Shown here: one piece after another, positions 41,016 through 54,163 of the stretch | Layout: each line of letters begins with the position of its first letter | Position numbering within the stretch: the first letter of the stretch is position 1 | Notes under the pieces: generated by a model | Told to the model about the DNA's origin: nothing | Databases searched by the model: none | The model's input: the letters and a program-made list of their open reading frames with translations, nothing else | Made by a program: the position numbers and the translations under genes | Assembly (NCBI GenBank): GCA_951406725.2 | Contig: OX597827.1 | Span: 61,256,001 to 61,320,000, forward strand | From: Octopus vulgaris | Taxonomy: Eukaryota | Direction of reading: 5' to 3' | Length of the DNA stretch: 64,000 nt

Positions 41016-42694
41016 ACACAAACAAATGGATTTCCAAGTTTGCTACAATTGTTTCATTAGAAAGATGTTATAAGCGTAATACAATTATTTAGGTTAGGCA
41101 ATATACTATGCAACTCCCAAGCTCATCAGGTGACTTCTCAAAATGTAGTGATGTGACAGCCTGTTGAGTGAAGCATTGATTCTTAACTAGCTGAAATATG
41201 AGCGATGATACCAATTAGTGGCATGATTCACATTGATATGCCTTATGCTAGCATGGAAAACGGACGTTAAATGATGATGATGATGACAATGACTCTTTTA
41301 CTCTTTTACTTGTTTTAGTCATCTGACTGCAGCCATGCTGGAGCACCACCTTTTAGTCGAGCAAATCGACCCCAGGACTTATTCTTTGTAAAATATCCGT
41401 CAAATGTAAATAATATACATAATTCTCATCTCCTTTAACTCTTTTACTTGTTTCAGTCATTTGACTGTGGCCATGCTGGAGCACCACCTTTTAGTCGAGC
41501 AAATCGACCCCAGGACTTATTCTTTGTAAAATATCCGTCAAATGTAAATAATATACATAATTCTCATCTCCTTTAACTCTTTTACTTGTTTCAGTCATTT
41601 GACTGTGGCCATGCTGGAGCACCACCTTTTAGGACTTATTCTTTGTAAGCCTAGTACTTAATCTATTGGTCTCTTTTGCTGAACTGCTAAGTGGCGGGGA
41701 CATAAACACAGCAGCATTGGTTGTCAAGCGATGTTGGGGGGACAAACACAGACACACAAATACATACTCACACACATACATATATATATATATACATATA
41801 TATGAAAAAGCTACTTTCAATTTCCGTCTAGTAAATCCACTTGCCCAAGGTACCACGCAGTGGGACTGAACCTGGAATCATGTGGTTCATAAGCAAGCTA
41901 TTTACCACACAGACGCTCCTACACCTATATACATACATATATATATGCACATACACACACGATGGGCTTTCACACAGTTTCTAAAACCACTTGATTACAA
42001 AGCGAACTTCTTTATAGTCATGCCTGTACCTTTATAAATGCATGTATTCAGATATATATGTATGCATGCATGTATATGTCATTAAAATTCTTTGGAAACG
42101 CAATCAAATAAATTTTCAAAAACCACAAAAAGACCACATAATTTTATACACACTAACAGATGCACAGGCCAAATAATGACTGGCTGGCTGGCGCTTGGTC
42201 AGTTATGAAGACGAAGGTCCTGGTTGAACCAATCAACAGAACAGCTTGCTCGTGAAATTAATGTGCAAATGACTGAGAACTCCACAGGCACATGTACCCT
42301 TAACCATTTTGTTACCAACCCGGCTGAAACCAGCTCTGGCTCTGAGTACAAATGTCTTGTTTTCATAAGTTTTGAATTAAAATCTTCCACCAAAACTTAG
42401 TCACAATTTATGCTCTTAACACTAGCTTAATGATAACTAAGTTATTTTACTAAATTCTTTTGTTATATTTAGAGTAATTGAAACAAACACAGAGCATCTC
42501 AAAATAAATACAGTAACGAAAGGGTTAATGTAGTTCTCAGGAAGATTCTGCGTGACACAGAATGGGACAAGACTGGCCCTTTGAATCACTAGTACAGCCC
42601 ATTTTTGCCAGCTGGGTGGACTAGAGCTATATGAAATAAAGTGTCTTGCTCAAGGACACAATCTGTCCTGACAGGTATCAAAATCATGGCCTTA

Positions 42695-43351
42695 AGAAGG
42701 CTGAGGGTGTCTTGGCATCACGTACCAAGTCCTTTGTGAGCCGCTCTCCGACTATCTATCTGCGGCTTTATATAGCTATGGTGCGACCTCACTTGGAATT
42801 TACATAATTGATCTGGAACCCCTATCTTGCCCAGAATATTAATCGTCTGGAAACCATTCAGCGACGTGCAACCAAAAAATACCCTCCATCAAGCATTTGC
42901 CTTATTCAGAACGCCTTACTTCCCTGGGCATGGATACATTGAAACTCCAACTGACTTGGCAGACACCCATAAAATTATTAACCATCTTACAAACAATAAC
43001 TCTGAGCACCTTTTCAAACTCCACCTGTCTAACACCCGTGGACATGTTTACATAGTCAGAAAACAGCACAGCTCCCATGACATTCGGAAACATTTTTTCA
43101 TGCTAAGAGTTGCTGAAGTATGGAACAAACTGCCGGCATCAGTTGTTAGTTGTCAGAGCATTTCATCCTTCAAAACTTCCATGCTTCCTGAGATTCGCCA
43201 ACACTACACCTGATTTTCTCCCCTCCGTACTCACGCAAGCATGTTGCTGACTCATACACTGTTCACTTCCCAGACATTTGTACATTACTGCATATGCTTT
43301 ATACGCACTTTTGACAAGTTGTGGTGCACCTGAGCATTGTATACAATAATT

Positions 43352-43405
<54 letters not shown>
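42695..43405 (+). mobile_element. CR1/L2-like LINE 3' end with (ATT)n tail (copies at 17690-18078 on + and 32260-32495 on -)
   Basis: MVRPHLEF...NTRGH...FFMLRVAEVWNKLP. Confidence 0.85.
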
Positions 43406-43406
<1 letters not shown>

Positions 43407-43979
43407 GATCATTAGCCAAACACCCTAGCCATTAAGCCATATGCCTTCACAAGCCAACTTCCAAGCACACACATAAATACATGCATACATTTGTGCATGA
43501 ATGCTAACACTGACATGGAAGCCTCCGAATGCTCAGAAGCTGATGAAAGAGTCTCTGTGTGGTCACTTCATAAGCTAGAAATAGCAACCAAATCTCTCTA
43601 ACAAGTTTTTATTTGAAAAAAAAAAAACAAAGAGCAGTCAGTATATATTAAAAGCTGTTGTGATCCTGGAAATACATTGAATATGTGTAGTAGATGGGAT
43701 GGTCACAACTAGAAGCCATGATTTGTTTGATTAAAACTGAGCTGGATGGAGAGAGGGGGTGGCTATACAACAAAAACAACAACAACAGAATGGGTATGAA
43801 ATGCAGAGCAATGCTCCAGCAGGGGCAGGGGGAGTTTGGAGAAGGTTGTAAAAAAATATATAAATAAAAAAATAAGAAAAACAAGAAAGCGATTTAACAT
43901 TAAAATGTATAATTAATGAAGACATTTTGTCGTTAAAATTGTTTCTTTCGTTAATGTTGCACATCGTCGTTTATATATA

Positions 43980-43985
43980 TTTATT
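43980..43985 (-). terminator. Candidate polyadenylation signal (AATAAA) of the epimerase gene
   Basis: AATAAA on - about 1.05 kb after the stop, followed by U-rich sequence; other AATAAA candidates exist. Confidence 0.3.
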
Positions 43986-44081
43986 TTTTAAATTAATTAA
44001 TTAATTAATGGAGATCTCGAAAGTTGAATTGATACATGTGTGTGTATATGTGTGTGTGTGTGTATGTGTGAGTGTGTGTAT

Positions 44082-44115
<34 letters not shown>

Positions 44116-44213
44116 CATACATACACATATATATGCATGTAGGTGTGTGTGTGTGTGTGTGTATTCATATATATGTGTGTGCCTGTAAATGCATATATAT
44201 GTATGCGTATATT

Positions 44214-44266
<53 letters not shown>

Positions 44267-44315
44267 ATTCATGCATGTGTTTGTGGTGTGTGTATAAATA
44301 CACACACATACACAC

Positions 44316-44374
<59 letters not shown>

Positions 44375-45040
44375 TATATATATTTTCATATATTTGTAAT
44401 TGACGAACCAACCAGTGAGCAATATATATATGTATATTAACCATGTAGATGCTGACATTAGGTGAGAAGCGGTATTGGCTACATTTTGCGAGATTTGAAC
44501 TGGAATCATCAATGCAAGAGTTTTCCATATTTTTTTGTTGGTTTTTTTTTTCTTTTCGTTTTTCAATTGCATTCATTTTACGTGGCAGCAGGGTGTACGG
44601 AGGGTCGGGTGCCAAGTGGGTAGGTGAATAGGGGAGAACATCTTATTTTTTTTTTGTTTTTTTATTCTTTTCGTGGTGGGGGAGGATGAGGTCAGAAAAG
44701 GGGGGGGGAACTTTTTTTTTTATTAATATTTTCATCTTTTTTGGGGAGGGAGGGGATGTATTTCACATTTTCTTTTTTATTTTATTGATTATGTTTTTTT
44801 ATGTTTTTTTTTCTTTTTTTTTGCAATTTTACAGTTTTATAGCTTCATTTCGAAAAAAAAGAAAAAAATTGAAACAAGCAGGGGTGGGGAAAGAAAAATC
44901 CTCCCTAATCCCTTTTCACCCCATCACCTCCCTCATACACACACATACATACTCTCTCTCTCTCACATACATACATACACACACACATATTGAAATCTAA
45001 TATATATATATATATATTTTTTCTTTTGTTCTGCCAGTTC

Positions 45041-45151
45041 TTACTGGCCACTGTCTTCAGCATCTTCTTCCTCGATTGGTTTCGACCATAGTTTCTGATC
45101 AGAGAGGAGTGATGGTGGAAATAGTCTGGTGTGAAGATAATCTTCAAGAAC
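45041..45151 (-). CDS. Epimerase/dehydratase last coding exon (VLEDYLHTRLFPPSLLSDQKLWSKPIEEEDAEDSGQ*)
   Basis: attttacag acceptor; TAA at 45043-45041; completes the frame of the five preceding exons. Confidence 0.9.
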   Translation of the reverse strand, partial: VLEDYLHTRLFPPSLLSDQKLWSKPIEEEDAEDSGQ

Positions 45152-45405
45152 CTGTAAAATGGTTAAAAAAAAAAAATTTTTTTAAATTAAAATTTGCAAA
45201 CGAACATAAGCATATATATGTATGTGTACAGTATAGGAGTGGCTATGTGGTAAGTAGCTTGCTTACCAACCACATGGTTCCGGGTTCAGTCCCACTGCGT
45301 GGCACCTTGGGCAAGTGTCTTCTACTATAGCCTCGGGCCGACCAAAGCCTTGCGAGAGGATTTGGTAGATGGAAACTGAAAGAAGCCTGTCCTATATATG
45401 TGTGT

Positions 45406-46060
45406 GTAAATATTTATTTCGTATATTTTCACTTGTTTATTGCTATGGTTTTGTGCTGAGTTTGATCTGAGAACATAATCTTTTGTGGAGAATGGCGATT
45501 TGACGTCTATATCTAGCATGTTGACTGTCCACTTTTCGTGTTCAGTCCTTAATTGGTATATATAAATATTTTAATCTTCGGATTTTTTTAATATGCTAGA
45601 CCACTGGTTCTAATTGATAAATATCAATTTCTACCCTAAATTAATTTTATATAAATATATATGTTCTCTAACCGATAAATTAACTGCTGCTAATTATTAG
45701 CTGCAGGCTAGTTTTCTCGGGTCTCAATGCACCAAAAGTAAAGGCATTTGAAATATATATTCAAATGTAATAGGCTGTACTCCATGCACGCGATATTTCG
45801 GTATCGTGTTTGCATCTAGTCCAGCAAATTGCATTTTATATCGGACCATGCTGATGATGGCTGCAGTTTTCCTTGCGGAAAATAACAGCCGAAACTAATT
45901 AGTACATGGGTAAATATTTATTTCGTATATTTTCACTTGTTTATTGCTATGGTTTTGTGCTGAGTTTGATCTGAGAACATAATCTTTTGTGGAGAATGGC
46001 GATTTGACGTCTATATCTAGCATGTTGACTGTCCACTTTTCGTGTTCAGTCCTTAATTGG

Positions 46061-46068
<8 letters not shown>
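45406..46068 (+). mobile_element. Hammerhead-containing, retrozyme/Penelope-pLTR-like non-autonomous insertion (504-bp period, 159-bp terminal direct repeat)
   Basis: 45406-45564 is repeated at 45910-46068 with no visible mismatch; hammerhead lies at the unit junction; interrupts the microsatellite of a SINE (45235-46150). Confidence 0.7.
45846..45909 (+). ncRNA. Type I hammerhead ribozyme, apparently intact
   Basis: stem I CCATG/CATGG; CTGATGA; one extra T; stem II GGCTG/CAGCC; GAAA; palindromic stem III ACTAATTAGT; GUA cleavage triplet (cut after 45904). Confidence 0.85.
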
Positions 46069-46091
<23 letters not shown>

Positions 46092-46309
46092 ATGTTTGTG
46101 TGTCTGTGTTTGTCCCCCCCCCCAACATCGCTTGACAACCGATGCTGGTTGATAATTCTAATCACATGTTGTTCATATTTAGGGGTGTAAGAAAAGGGTA
46201 TGATAATGCTTTGTTGATTGATATGTGTAGCAATTGAATCTTTGTTGGTATTGAAGGAGAGAAAATTAGCAGGACAACATTGGAGAATGCTTTCAAGGGC
46301 TTTGTTCAT

Positions 46310-46650
46310 GGAATAATAATGATAGAAATAGTGAAGAAGAAGAAAAAAATAAATAATTATGACAATTTAAAGTGGGAAATGCAAAGGTTGTGGTTAATGA
46401 AGAGAGTAGACGTGATACCAATAGTAATTGGTGCACTTGGAAGTATCAGCACTCAACTACCAATGTAGCTGGAAAAAATCGGTGCAAGTGTGAAGGTAGA
46501 ACACCTACAAAAATCAGCATTGCTTGGAACTTCTCTTGAAGCATGACCAGTAAACAAGTATCACTTAAGTCCGCTGCCTGTGGACAGCTGATATTTTCCA
46601 TCATACCCAACAATTTAAGCTGTGAGTTTTAATACAATAATAATAATGAC
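46310..46650 (+). mobile_element. R4/Dong-like restriction-endonuclease LINE 3' fragment
   Basis: KINNYDNLKWEMQRLW...VIPIVIGALGS...HLQKSALLGT followed by (AAT)n. Confidence 0.75.
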
Positions 46651-47029
46651 CAGCACTATGACCCAGCAACGCCGGGTCATAGTGCTAGTGCATGCATATA
46701 CAGCTGTGTGCGTGCGCACATACACGCGAGTACTGTCCAAATCTCTGACCAATCACATACAGCTAGCTGGCATTCAATTGCCGTATCAAGTTTTGGGCAT
46801 TTTGATTGGGTTTTGGATAGAAAATTCACAAAAAAGTTACTTCTATTGATTTTTTAATGGCTTTGTGGGGTGACTGGGGAAATGTAAAGATGTGCACGAC
46901 CACCCTTGGACGGTTTTAAATGACCATAGAAAGTACGAGCCCTCTAACTGAAAAATTGTGGATTTGTATAAAGGACACACACACAGACATTTTGCTGTTT
47001 ATATATATAGAGATGATGATAATAAAAAC

Positions 47030-47660
47030 AATCTTTTATATTGGAGGCAAAAGGCCTGAAATTTGTAGAAAGGGGACTAGTCGATTACATTGACCCCCAT
47101 GTTTCACTGGTACTTAATCTATTGACTCTGAAAAGATGGAAGGCAAAGTTGACCTCAGAGGAATAATAATAATAATTCTTTCTATTATAGGCACAAGACC
47201 TGAAATTTTGGGGGAGGGGGCCGGTCGATTAGATCAACCCCAGTACACAACTGGTACTTAATTTAACAACTCCAAAACGATGAAAGGTAAAGTCGACCTT
47301 GGCAGAATTTGAACTCAGAATGTAAAAACAGAAGAAATGCTGCTAAGCATTTTGTCCAGCATGCTAATGATTCTGCCAGCTCACTGCCCTAATAATAATA
47401 GTAATAATAATAATAATAATAATATTGATGATGATGATGATGATGATCCTTCCTACTAGAGGCAAAAGGCCTGAAATTTTTGGAGAGGGGCTAAGTCGAT
47501 TACATCAACTCCAGTGCTCAACTTGTACTTATTTTATCAACCCCGAAAGGATAAAAGGCAAAGTTGATCTCGGCGGAATTTGAACTCAGAATGTAGCAGC
47601 AGATGAAATACTGCTAAGCATTTCGTCCAGCATGCTAATGATTCTGCCAGCTCACCGCCT
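47030..47660 (-). mobile_element. Head-to-tail cluster of a short SINE in (AAT)n (other clusters at 48320-49390 and 58365-59275; single copies near 29520, 33075, 36155, 51165, 54170)
   Basis: repeated GGCGAGCTGGCAGAA...GAGTTCAAATTCC...CCTTTCGGGGTCGATAAA..AAGTAC units separated by AAT repeats. Confidence 0.8.
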
Positions 47661-47850
47661 TATAATAAGGAGGAGAGAGGGAGGGTGGAGGAGGAGGAGG
47701 AGGAGGAAGAAGAAGTTGGAAGAAAGAAGATGATGGAAGAAGAAAAAAAAAGGAGGAGGAGGAAGTAGAAATGGAAGAAATTAGGAAGAAGTAAAGTTAA
47801 AGTTAGAAGACAGGAAAAGAAGCGGAAGAAAAAGGACCACAACAACTCAC

Positions 47851-47952
47851 CTCTTTCATGTAATCGATGGTTAACTCTGGTTTTTGGCAGCTGAAGCCAA
47901 GGGATTCCAGCTTGGAACCGCTGAGGTGAAGGTGTTTATTGTAGAGAAGTTC
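47851..47952 (-). CDS. Epimerase/dehydratase exon (ELLYNKHLHLSGSKLESLGFSCQKPELTIDYMKE)
   Basis: ttctactag| ... |gtgagt; 102 nt, phase 0/0. Confidence 0.92.
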
Positions 47953-49497
47953 CTAGTAGAAAGAGAATAAAACAGCAAACACTTCATTAAGTAACGAGGA
48001 ACAATGATGTATGTTTTTTTTTTATTTTGTTCTTTTTTCTTTTACATATTTCAGTCATTTGACTATGGCCATGCTGGAACCCCTACCTTGAACAGTTTAG
48101 TCGAATAAATTGACCCCAGTTTTAAACCAGGCACTTATTCTATCAGTCTCTTTATGCTGGACTAAGTTAAAGGGATGTAAACAAACCAACATCACCTTTT
48201 AAGTGTCGGTGGAGTGCAAACAATACAAATGCACAGAAAGATACACAAAACACACAAACACACAAAACATATATAGCATACAGCTTACCACCGTAACAAT
48301 GCTAATAATAATAATAATAATCCTTTATATTAAAGGAATAAAGCTTGAAATTTGTGGGGAGTGGACTGGTTCAATAAATTGACCCCAGTGCTTCACTGGT
48401 TCTTCATTTATTGACCCCAAAAGGATGAAAGGCAAAGTCGACCTCGATGGAATTTGAACTCAGAACATAGCAACAGGTGAAATGCCACTAAACATTTTGC
48501 CCAGCGTGCTAACAACTTTGCCAGCTCACCACCTTAATAGTAATAATAACAAGAGCACTCAGAGAGCACAAACGACCACCAAGGCAACACCAATGTCCTC
48601 TCAATGAGATGATTTTTAAAATGAGGATATCTGAAATAAACTCGACTGCTCTCCCAAGCGAGAATACTAAAAATGAACCTGACTGCTCTCAAAAATTAAG
48701 TAAAAAAAAGGAAAAATAATCCAGATCCTTGTCCGGTACTGGATCGATCCCAAAATCTAATCAGTTTGTGCCAGTCACAAGGATAAACATCTCTGAAAGT
48801 TTCATCCCAATCCATCCAGCGGGTCTTGAGATATCTTGTCCATGGACAAACAAACATACAAACAAACAAACAAACACAACTAAAAATAACACCTCTGCCT
48901 TCACTAAGGTGGAGGTAATAATAATAATTCTTTATACTATAGGTACAATGCCTGAAATTTGAGGGGAGGGGGATAGTTGATTACATTGACCTCCCCTTCC
49001 CCCAGTACTCAGCTGGTACTTATTTCATTGAGCCCAAAATGACAAAAGGCAAAGTTGACCTCAGCAGAATTTGAACTCAGACCATCAAGACAGACAAAAT
49101 GCCGCTAATGGTTCTACCAGCTCGCCACCTTAATGGTTTCAAATTCTGGCACAATGCCAGCAATTTTGGGGCAGGGGATAATCAATTTCCAAATTTTAGC
49201 ATGAGGCCAGTAATTTCAGGGAGAGAGGTTAAATAGTCAGTTACAGCAATTCCAGTATTTAACTGAGACTTCCCGAAAGAATAAAAGGCAAAGTTGACCT
49301 TAGCAGAATTTGAACTCAGAATGTAAAGAGTCAGAAAAAAAATGCTGCTGAACATTTTGACTGGCATCCTAATGATTCTGCCAAGTTGTCATCTCCCTGG
49401 GGCTAAATATTAGCAACAAATATTTCAACTTTCAATAGTGGTGGCTTAAAAAGTGGAAAGAGAATAAGGGGGAAAAAAAATCAAAACACAGACAAAC

Positions 49498-49611
49498 CTG
49501 GTCAATAAATGGATTCAATGGGGTATTTGTGACATTGTCCCTTTGACAGGCATCGGCCCATGGCTCCATATGTTTGTCGTTAATCTCCTCCACTATGCTG
49601 TTCATATTCAA
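49498..49611 (-). CDS. Epimerase/dehydratase exon (LNMNSIVEEINDKHMEPWADACQRDNVTNTPLNPFIDQ)
   Basis: ccttgcag| ... |gtttgt; 114 nt, phase 0/0. Confidence 0.92.
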
Positions 49612-49723
49612 CTGCAAGGAGAAACAATAACAACAACAGCATTAGTAACAATATAAGTAACAACAACAGCAACAACAATAATTGCAACATTGCAATGTTG
49701 GGGGGGACAAACAAGACACACAG

Positions 49724-49771
<48 letters not shown>

Positions 49772-50114
49772 GTATATATATATAATGGGCTTCTTTCAGT
49801 TTCCGTCTACCAAATCCACTCACAAGGCTTTGGTTGGCCCGAGGCTATAGTAGAAGACACTTGCCCAAGGTGCCACGCAGTGGGACTGAACCCGGAACCA
49901 TGTGGTTGGTAAGCAAGCTACTTACCACACAGCCACTCCTAATGTTAATTCATTTCTTCCAAATACCTGCTTATTAATTCTTCATTTTTTTTTTTAATTA
50001 ATTAAGCCAAGGAAGTGTATTTCAACAGAAATACAGAAACAAAAGGTTAAATGGAGAAGTGAGAAAAGTGATGAGGGAGAGTTAGTGTAATAATGAGAGC
50101 TGAGAGTAACTTAC

Positions 50115-50200
50115 CTTAGCCAAACTTGACATAGTTGAGCCAACGAATTCATGTTCTATGTTGAAAATGGTTGAAATCAGCTCACTGATCTTGCCTTGAG
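50115..50200 (-). CDS. Epimerase/dehydratase exon (TQGKISELISTIFNIEHEFVGSTMSSLAK)
   Basis: ttcctttag| ... |gtaagt; 86 nt, phase 1/0. Confidence 0.92.
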
Positions 50201-50701
50201 CTAAAGGAAGAGAACAAGAGGAAAATGTAAAATGTTTTGGTTTTGTTAAAGTTGAGAGTTTGTTAACCTTTAGTTCTATCTTTTTATTTGTTTCAGTCAT
50301 TGGACTGCAGCCCTGGGCATTGAAGGTGGAGGAGGAGGTGGTGGTGGAGGAGGGGGAGGAAGAGGTGGAGGAGGTGGTGGTGGAGGATGATGATGATGAG
50401 TAGGTGGAGGAGGAGGGAGAAGAAGAAGAAGAAGAAGAAGAAGAAGAAGAAGAAGAAGAAGGGGAAGGAAGAAGAAGAAGAAGAAGAAAGAAAGAGGAAG
50501 AAGGAAAAGAAGAAGAGAGGAAGAAGAAGGAAAAGAAGAAGAAGGAGGAGGAGGAGGAGGAGGAGGGATAAAATAGGGGTTATACAACAAAAACAGCTGG
50601 TGTCCTGAACTATATTGTATGTAAACTACATTGCGTAAAGGATGGGGTGCGGAAGATGAAGAGATGGTGAGGTAGTGAAAATGGAAAATTCTAGAACTTA
50701 C

Positions 50702-50828
50702 TGGTGTCTCCTTTATCAACAATGTGGTAGATTTCTCCCGTCTTGCCGTGGTTGCAGAGAAACCAGAGGGCTCGGCACATGTCTTCCACATGGACTGTAT
50801 TCATCTTGAGTTCCTTGGTCCACAGCAT
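50702..50828 (-). CDS. Epimerase/dehydratase exon (MLWTKELKMNTVHVEDMCRALWFLCNHGKTGEIYHIVDKGDT)
   Basis: SDR motifs VHVEDxCRA and GEIY; AG/GTAAG sites; 127 nt, phase 0/1. Confidence 0.93.
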
Positions 50829-52100
50829 CTGTTACGAGAATCACAGATTAAAGAAATCGGTTAGATAATGGTTTGTACGAGTGGCAGTGGTGGTTGTAAC
50901 GGTGGTGGTGTAATGTGGAGATGATGTGAGATGGGGGGCAACGGCAGTAGTGTGATAAGGTGGTGTTCGTGATAGTTATAGTTTTAGTGGTGATATAGAT
51001 GGTGGTGGTGGTGGTGGTGGTGGTGGTATCAATGGTAGGGGTGATGGTGGTTGTGTGATGTGGTGGTGTTAGTGCAAGGTGGCGGTGGTGGTGTTAGTGA
51101 TAGTTTTAGTGGTGATATAGATGGTGATATAGATGGTGGTGTTGGTGGTATCAATGGTAGAGAAGGCGGCAAGCTGGCAGAAACGTTAGCATGCCGGGCA
51201 AAATGCTTAGCGGTATTTCGTCTGCCGCTATGTTCTGAGTTCAAATTCCGCCGAGGTCGCATTTGCCTTTCATCCTTTCGGGGTTGATTAAATAAGCCCC
51301 TTGTGGGGAGTAAAGAAATAGGTATCAATGTGAAATAGGTATCAATAAAGGTGAAAGTGGTTGTGTGATGTGGTGATGTTAGCGTTGGTAGTGGTGTTAG
51401 TAGTGGTGATGATGTTAGTAGTGGTGGTGGTGTTACTGGTGGTGGACAGTTGGATAAGCTAAAGTGAAAATACAGCTGCTATCAACAACAACAAAACAGC
51501 AGCACCAGCAGTGGAGGTGCAATGGCCCAGTGGTTAGGGCAGCGGAGTCGCAGTCGTAAGAACACGGTTTCGATTCTCAGACCGGGCATCGTGAGTGTTT
51601 ATTGAGCAAAAACACCTAAGCTCCATGAGGCTCCGGTGGGGGGTAGTGGTGAACCCCGCTGTACTCTTTCACCACAACTTTCTCTCACTCCTTCTTCCTA
51701 CATCTGCCACAAAGCAGAGGAACCATGGTGTAACCCACTATGGTGTGGTAAACTTTCAGACCTTAGTCTAAATTGCGAATCCTCTGTACTCCATGGTTGT
51801 TCAGCTCTCCACCCATTAAAAGCCACCGTTTACGGAATGAGGATAACAACGTAGCTTTCACGCCAGTCTATCATGTGTGGTGGGTGGATCTTCAAGTTGC
51901 CACATGCATTCTTAGTAGCTTAGAGTAGGCTCGAATTAGAGATTATTCTTTGTGGCTAATGGCATGAGTCCTGATTGGGAGGAGAAGAAGAAGAAGAAGA
52001 AGAAGAAGAAGAAGAAGAAGAAGAAGAAGAAGAAGAAGAAGAAGAAGAAGAAGAAGAAGAAGGAGGAGGAGGAGGAGGAGGAAGCAGCAACAATACTAAC

Positions 52101-52153
52101 CTTCATCGTCTCTCTCATATACTTGTATATTGCACCAATAATAAGACGAGGAG
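52101..52153 (-). CDS. Epimerase/dehydratase exon (TPRLIIGAIYKYMRETMK)
   Basis: ctttcttcag| ... |gttagt; 53 nt, phase 1/0, continues the frame. Confidence 0.92.
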
Positions 52154-52870
52154 CTGAAGAAAGGAAGACAGAAAGAATTAGTTAAGTCTTTATGAACAAC
52201 AAGAGAGAAGATAAATTTCAATAAAAGAGCTGGAAGACAGTACTGCACATCAGGTGAAATAAATATTGAGATACTTAGCTCCATGCAGAAACTACAGGAA
52301 CTACTCAGAGGTTTTGCAAGCTCTTCTAAATCCTTCATAGTGTTGCAAACCCCTTTTGTATTTTCAGCAGGTACCTCAGGGTCACAAGTGCTTCACCCAG
52401 TGCCAGATTTATCATTGTGCTTAGGTGTGCTTAAGCACAGAGCCCCACTGACCAGGGACCCTGGTCAATGGGGTCCTATCCAAATAAGAGACCTCATAAC
52501 TTAACTAGCACAGGGCCTCATTTGTCCTAAATCCAGCACTGGTTTCACCCCTTAGCCTGTATGCTTCACCTGAGTGGGGCAGCTGGGATTGAATTAGTAT
52601 TTGCCAACGGAAGGGTTCTGCTCATGGTCTCTTAGAAACCACAGCTACCTTGAGTTGATTTCAGCAGCTGTGCCTATCTCTTTGATGGTTTTTCTTCAGT
52701 TGTCTGGACACCAGAACAATCTTCTGCAGGAACCACTGCACTGATCTAGCTGGAAAACCATGGCAACTGCCTTCAATAGGGAATGAGGCCCTCCATTTCT
52801 TGAGAAAGTTATCAACACAATACATAGTTTATCTAATCCCTATTGAAAAAAATAAGACAGTAAGGTATAT

Positions 52871-53032
52871 ACGAGGGAGTGCTGAAAAGTTCTTGACTTT
52901 GGGTAAAAGAAAATACAGGGGGATCAGTTAATTATGATTATATTCCCCTCTCAGATTCACACACTTATTGCAGTGGTGCTTCAGTTTTTCTAAGCCCTGT
53001 AAAAGAACTTGGAAAGTTGGGCCTCCAAGCAG
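52871..53032. mobile_element. Short mariner-like MITE remnant
   Basis: inverted ends GTGCTGAAAAGTTC / GAACTTTCAGCAC. Confidence 0.5.
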
Positions 53033-53971
53033 GCCTTTTGCGATACCCTTAAAACTAGGAACTTTCAGCACCTATTTCTATATAAATGTGATTCACACAA
53101 CATATTCTAGACACTCTCAAAAACTCAGATGAGGCCCACAATTATGGTGCTGCTGGTGGTGCATATGAAGATATCCTAGACTGTATCTAGAAAAGGACCA
53201 CCCAACTGACTGGCATAAAGTCACTCACAGGCACACTTTCACCCTTTGGTCCTCAGGTGCTCAATCTCCTTGCTTTGCCTTGTTTTACTACTGCTGCTAT
53301 AATGAAGTGAAGGTGCATGGCTCAGTGGTTAAGGTATTGAGCTTACAATTGTGAGGTAGTGAGTTCGATTCCCAGACCAGGCTGTGTTGTGTTCTTGAGC
53401 AAGACACTTTATTTCATGTTGCTCCAATTATCTCAACTGTAGAGATGAGTAGCAATGTCACTGGTGCCAAGCCATATTAGCCTTTGCCTTTCCTTTGGTT
53501 AACATCAGTGGCATGGAGAGGTCATGGGTGACTGCTGGTCTTCCATAAAATAACCTTGCCTGGACTTGTGCCTTGAAGGGGAACTTTCTAGGTGTAATTC
53601 CATGGTCATTTTACTATAATTTTACTATAATGACTTCTGCTCCTTGAATGTGGCTAGGTTCATACACCCACCACTGAAGCATCCCTATCTTACTAACCTC
53701 CCTTCCTCTCATCACCGATTTTGGGTTCAGCCCTCCAGACGCCTCCACACTAATCAAGAAACCCAGTTCTGCTTTCCCAGAATAATCACCCACTGGACCT
53801 CCCACTTCTGCTCATATCTTTCCCCACAGTTGTTGACTTACAAAGATTGAAGAGGAACATAAATGATTCTCACTGGTCTGTTGGTGGCTGTGATAGAGGC
53901 TGCAAGAGCCAGAGGCACTGTCCCTTCCTCCAGACCCAGCAAGTAAAAGAATAAAAAAAGAGCCAATATTT

Positions 53972-54114
53972 ACATTATTTACATTTGACGGATATTTGTC
54001 CTCATCTTGTTTGTTGTTAAAACAACATTTCGGCTGATATACCCCTCCAGCCTTCTTCAGGTGTCTTGGGAAAATTTCGAACCTGGGTTCTCATTCCTAA
54101 GTTATTTTTTGATG

Positions 54115-54163
<49 letters not shown>

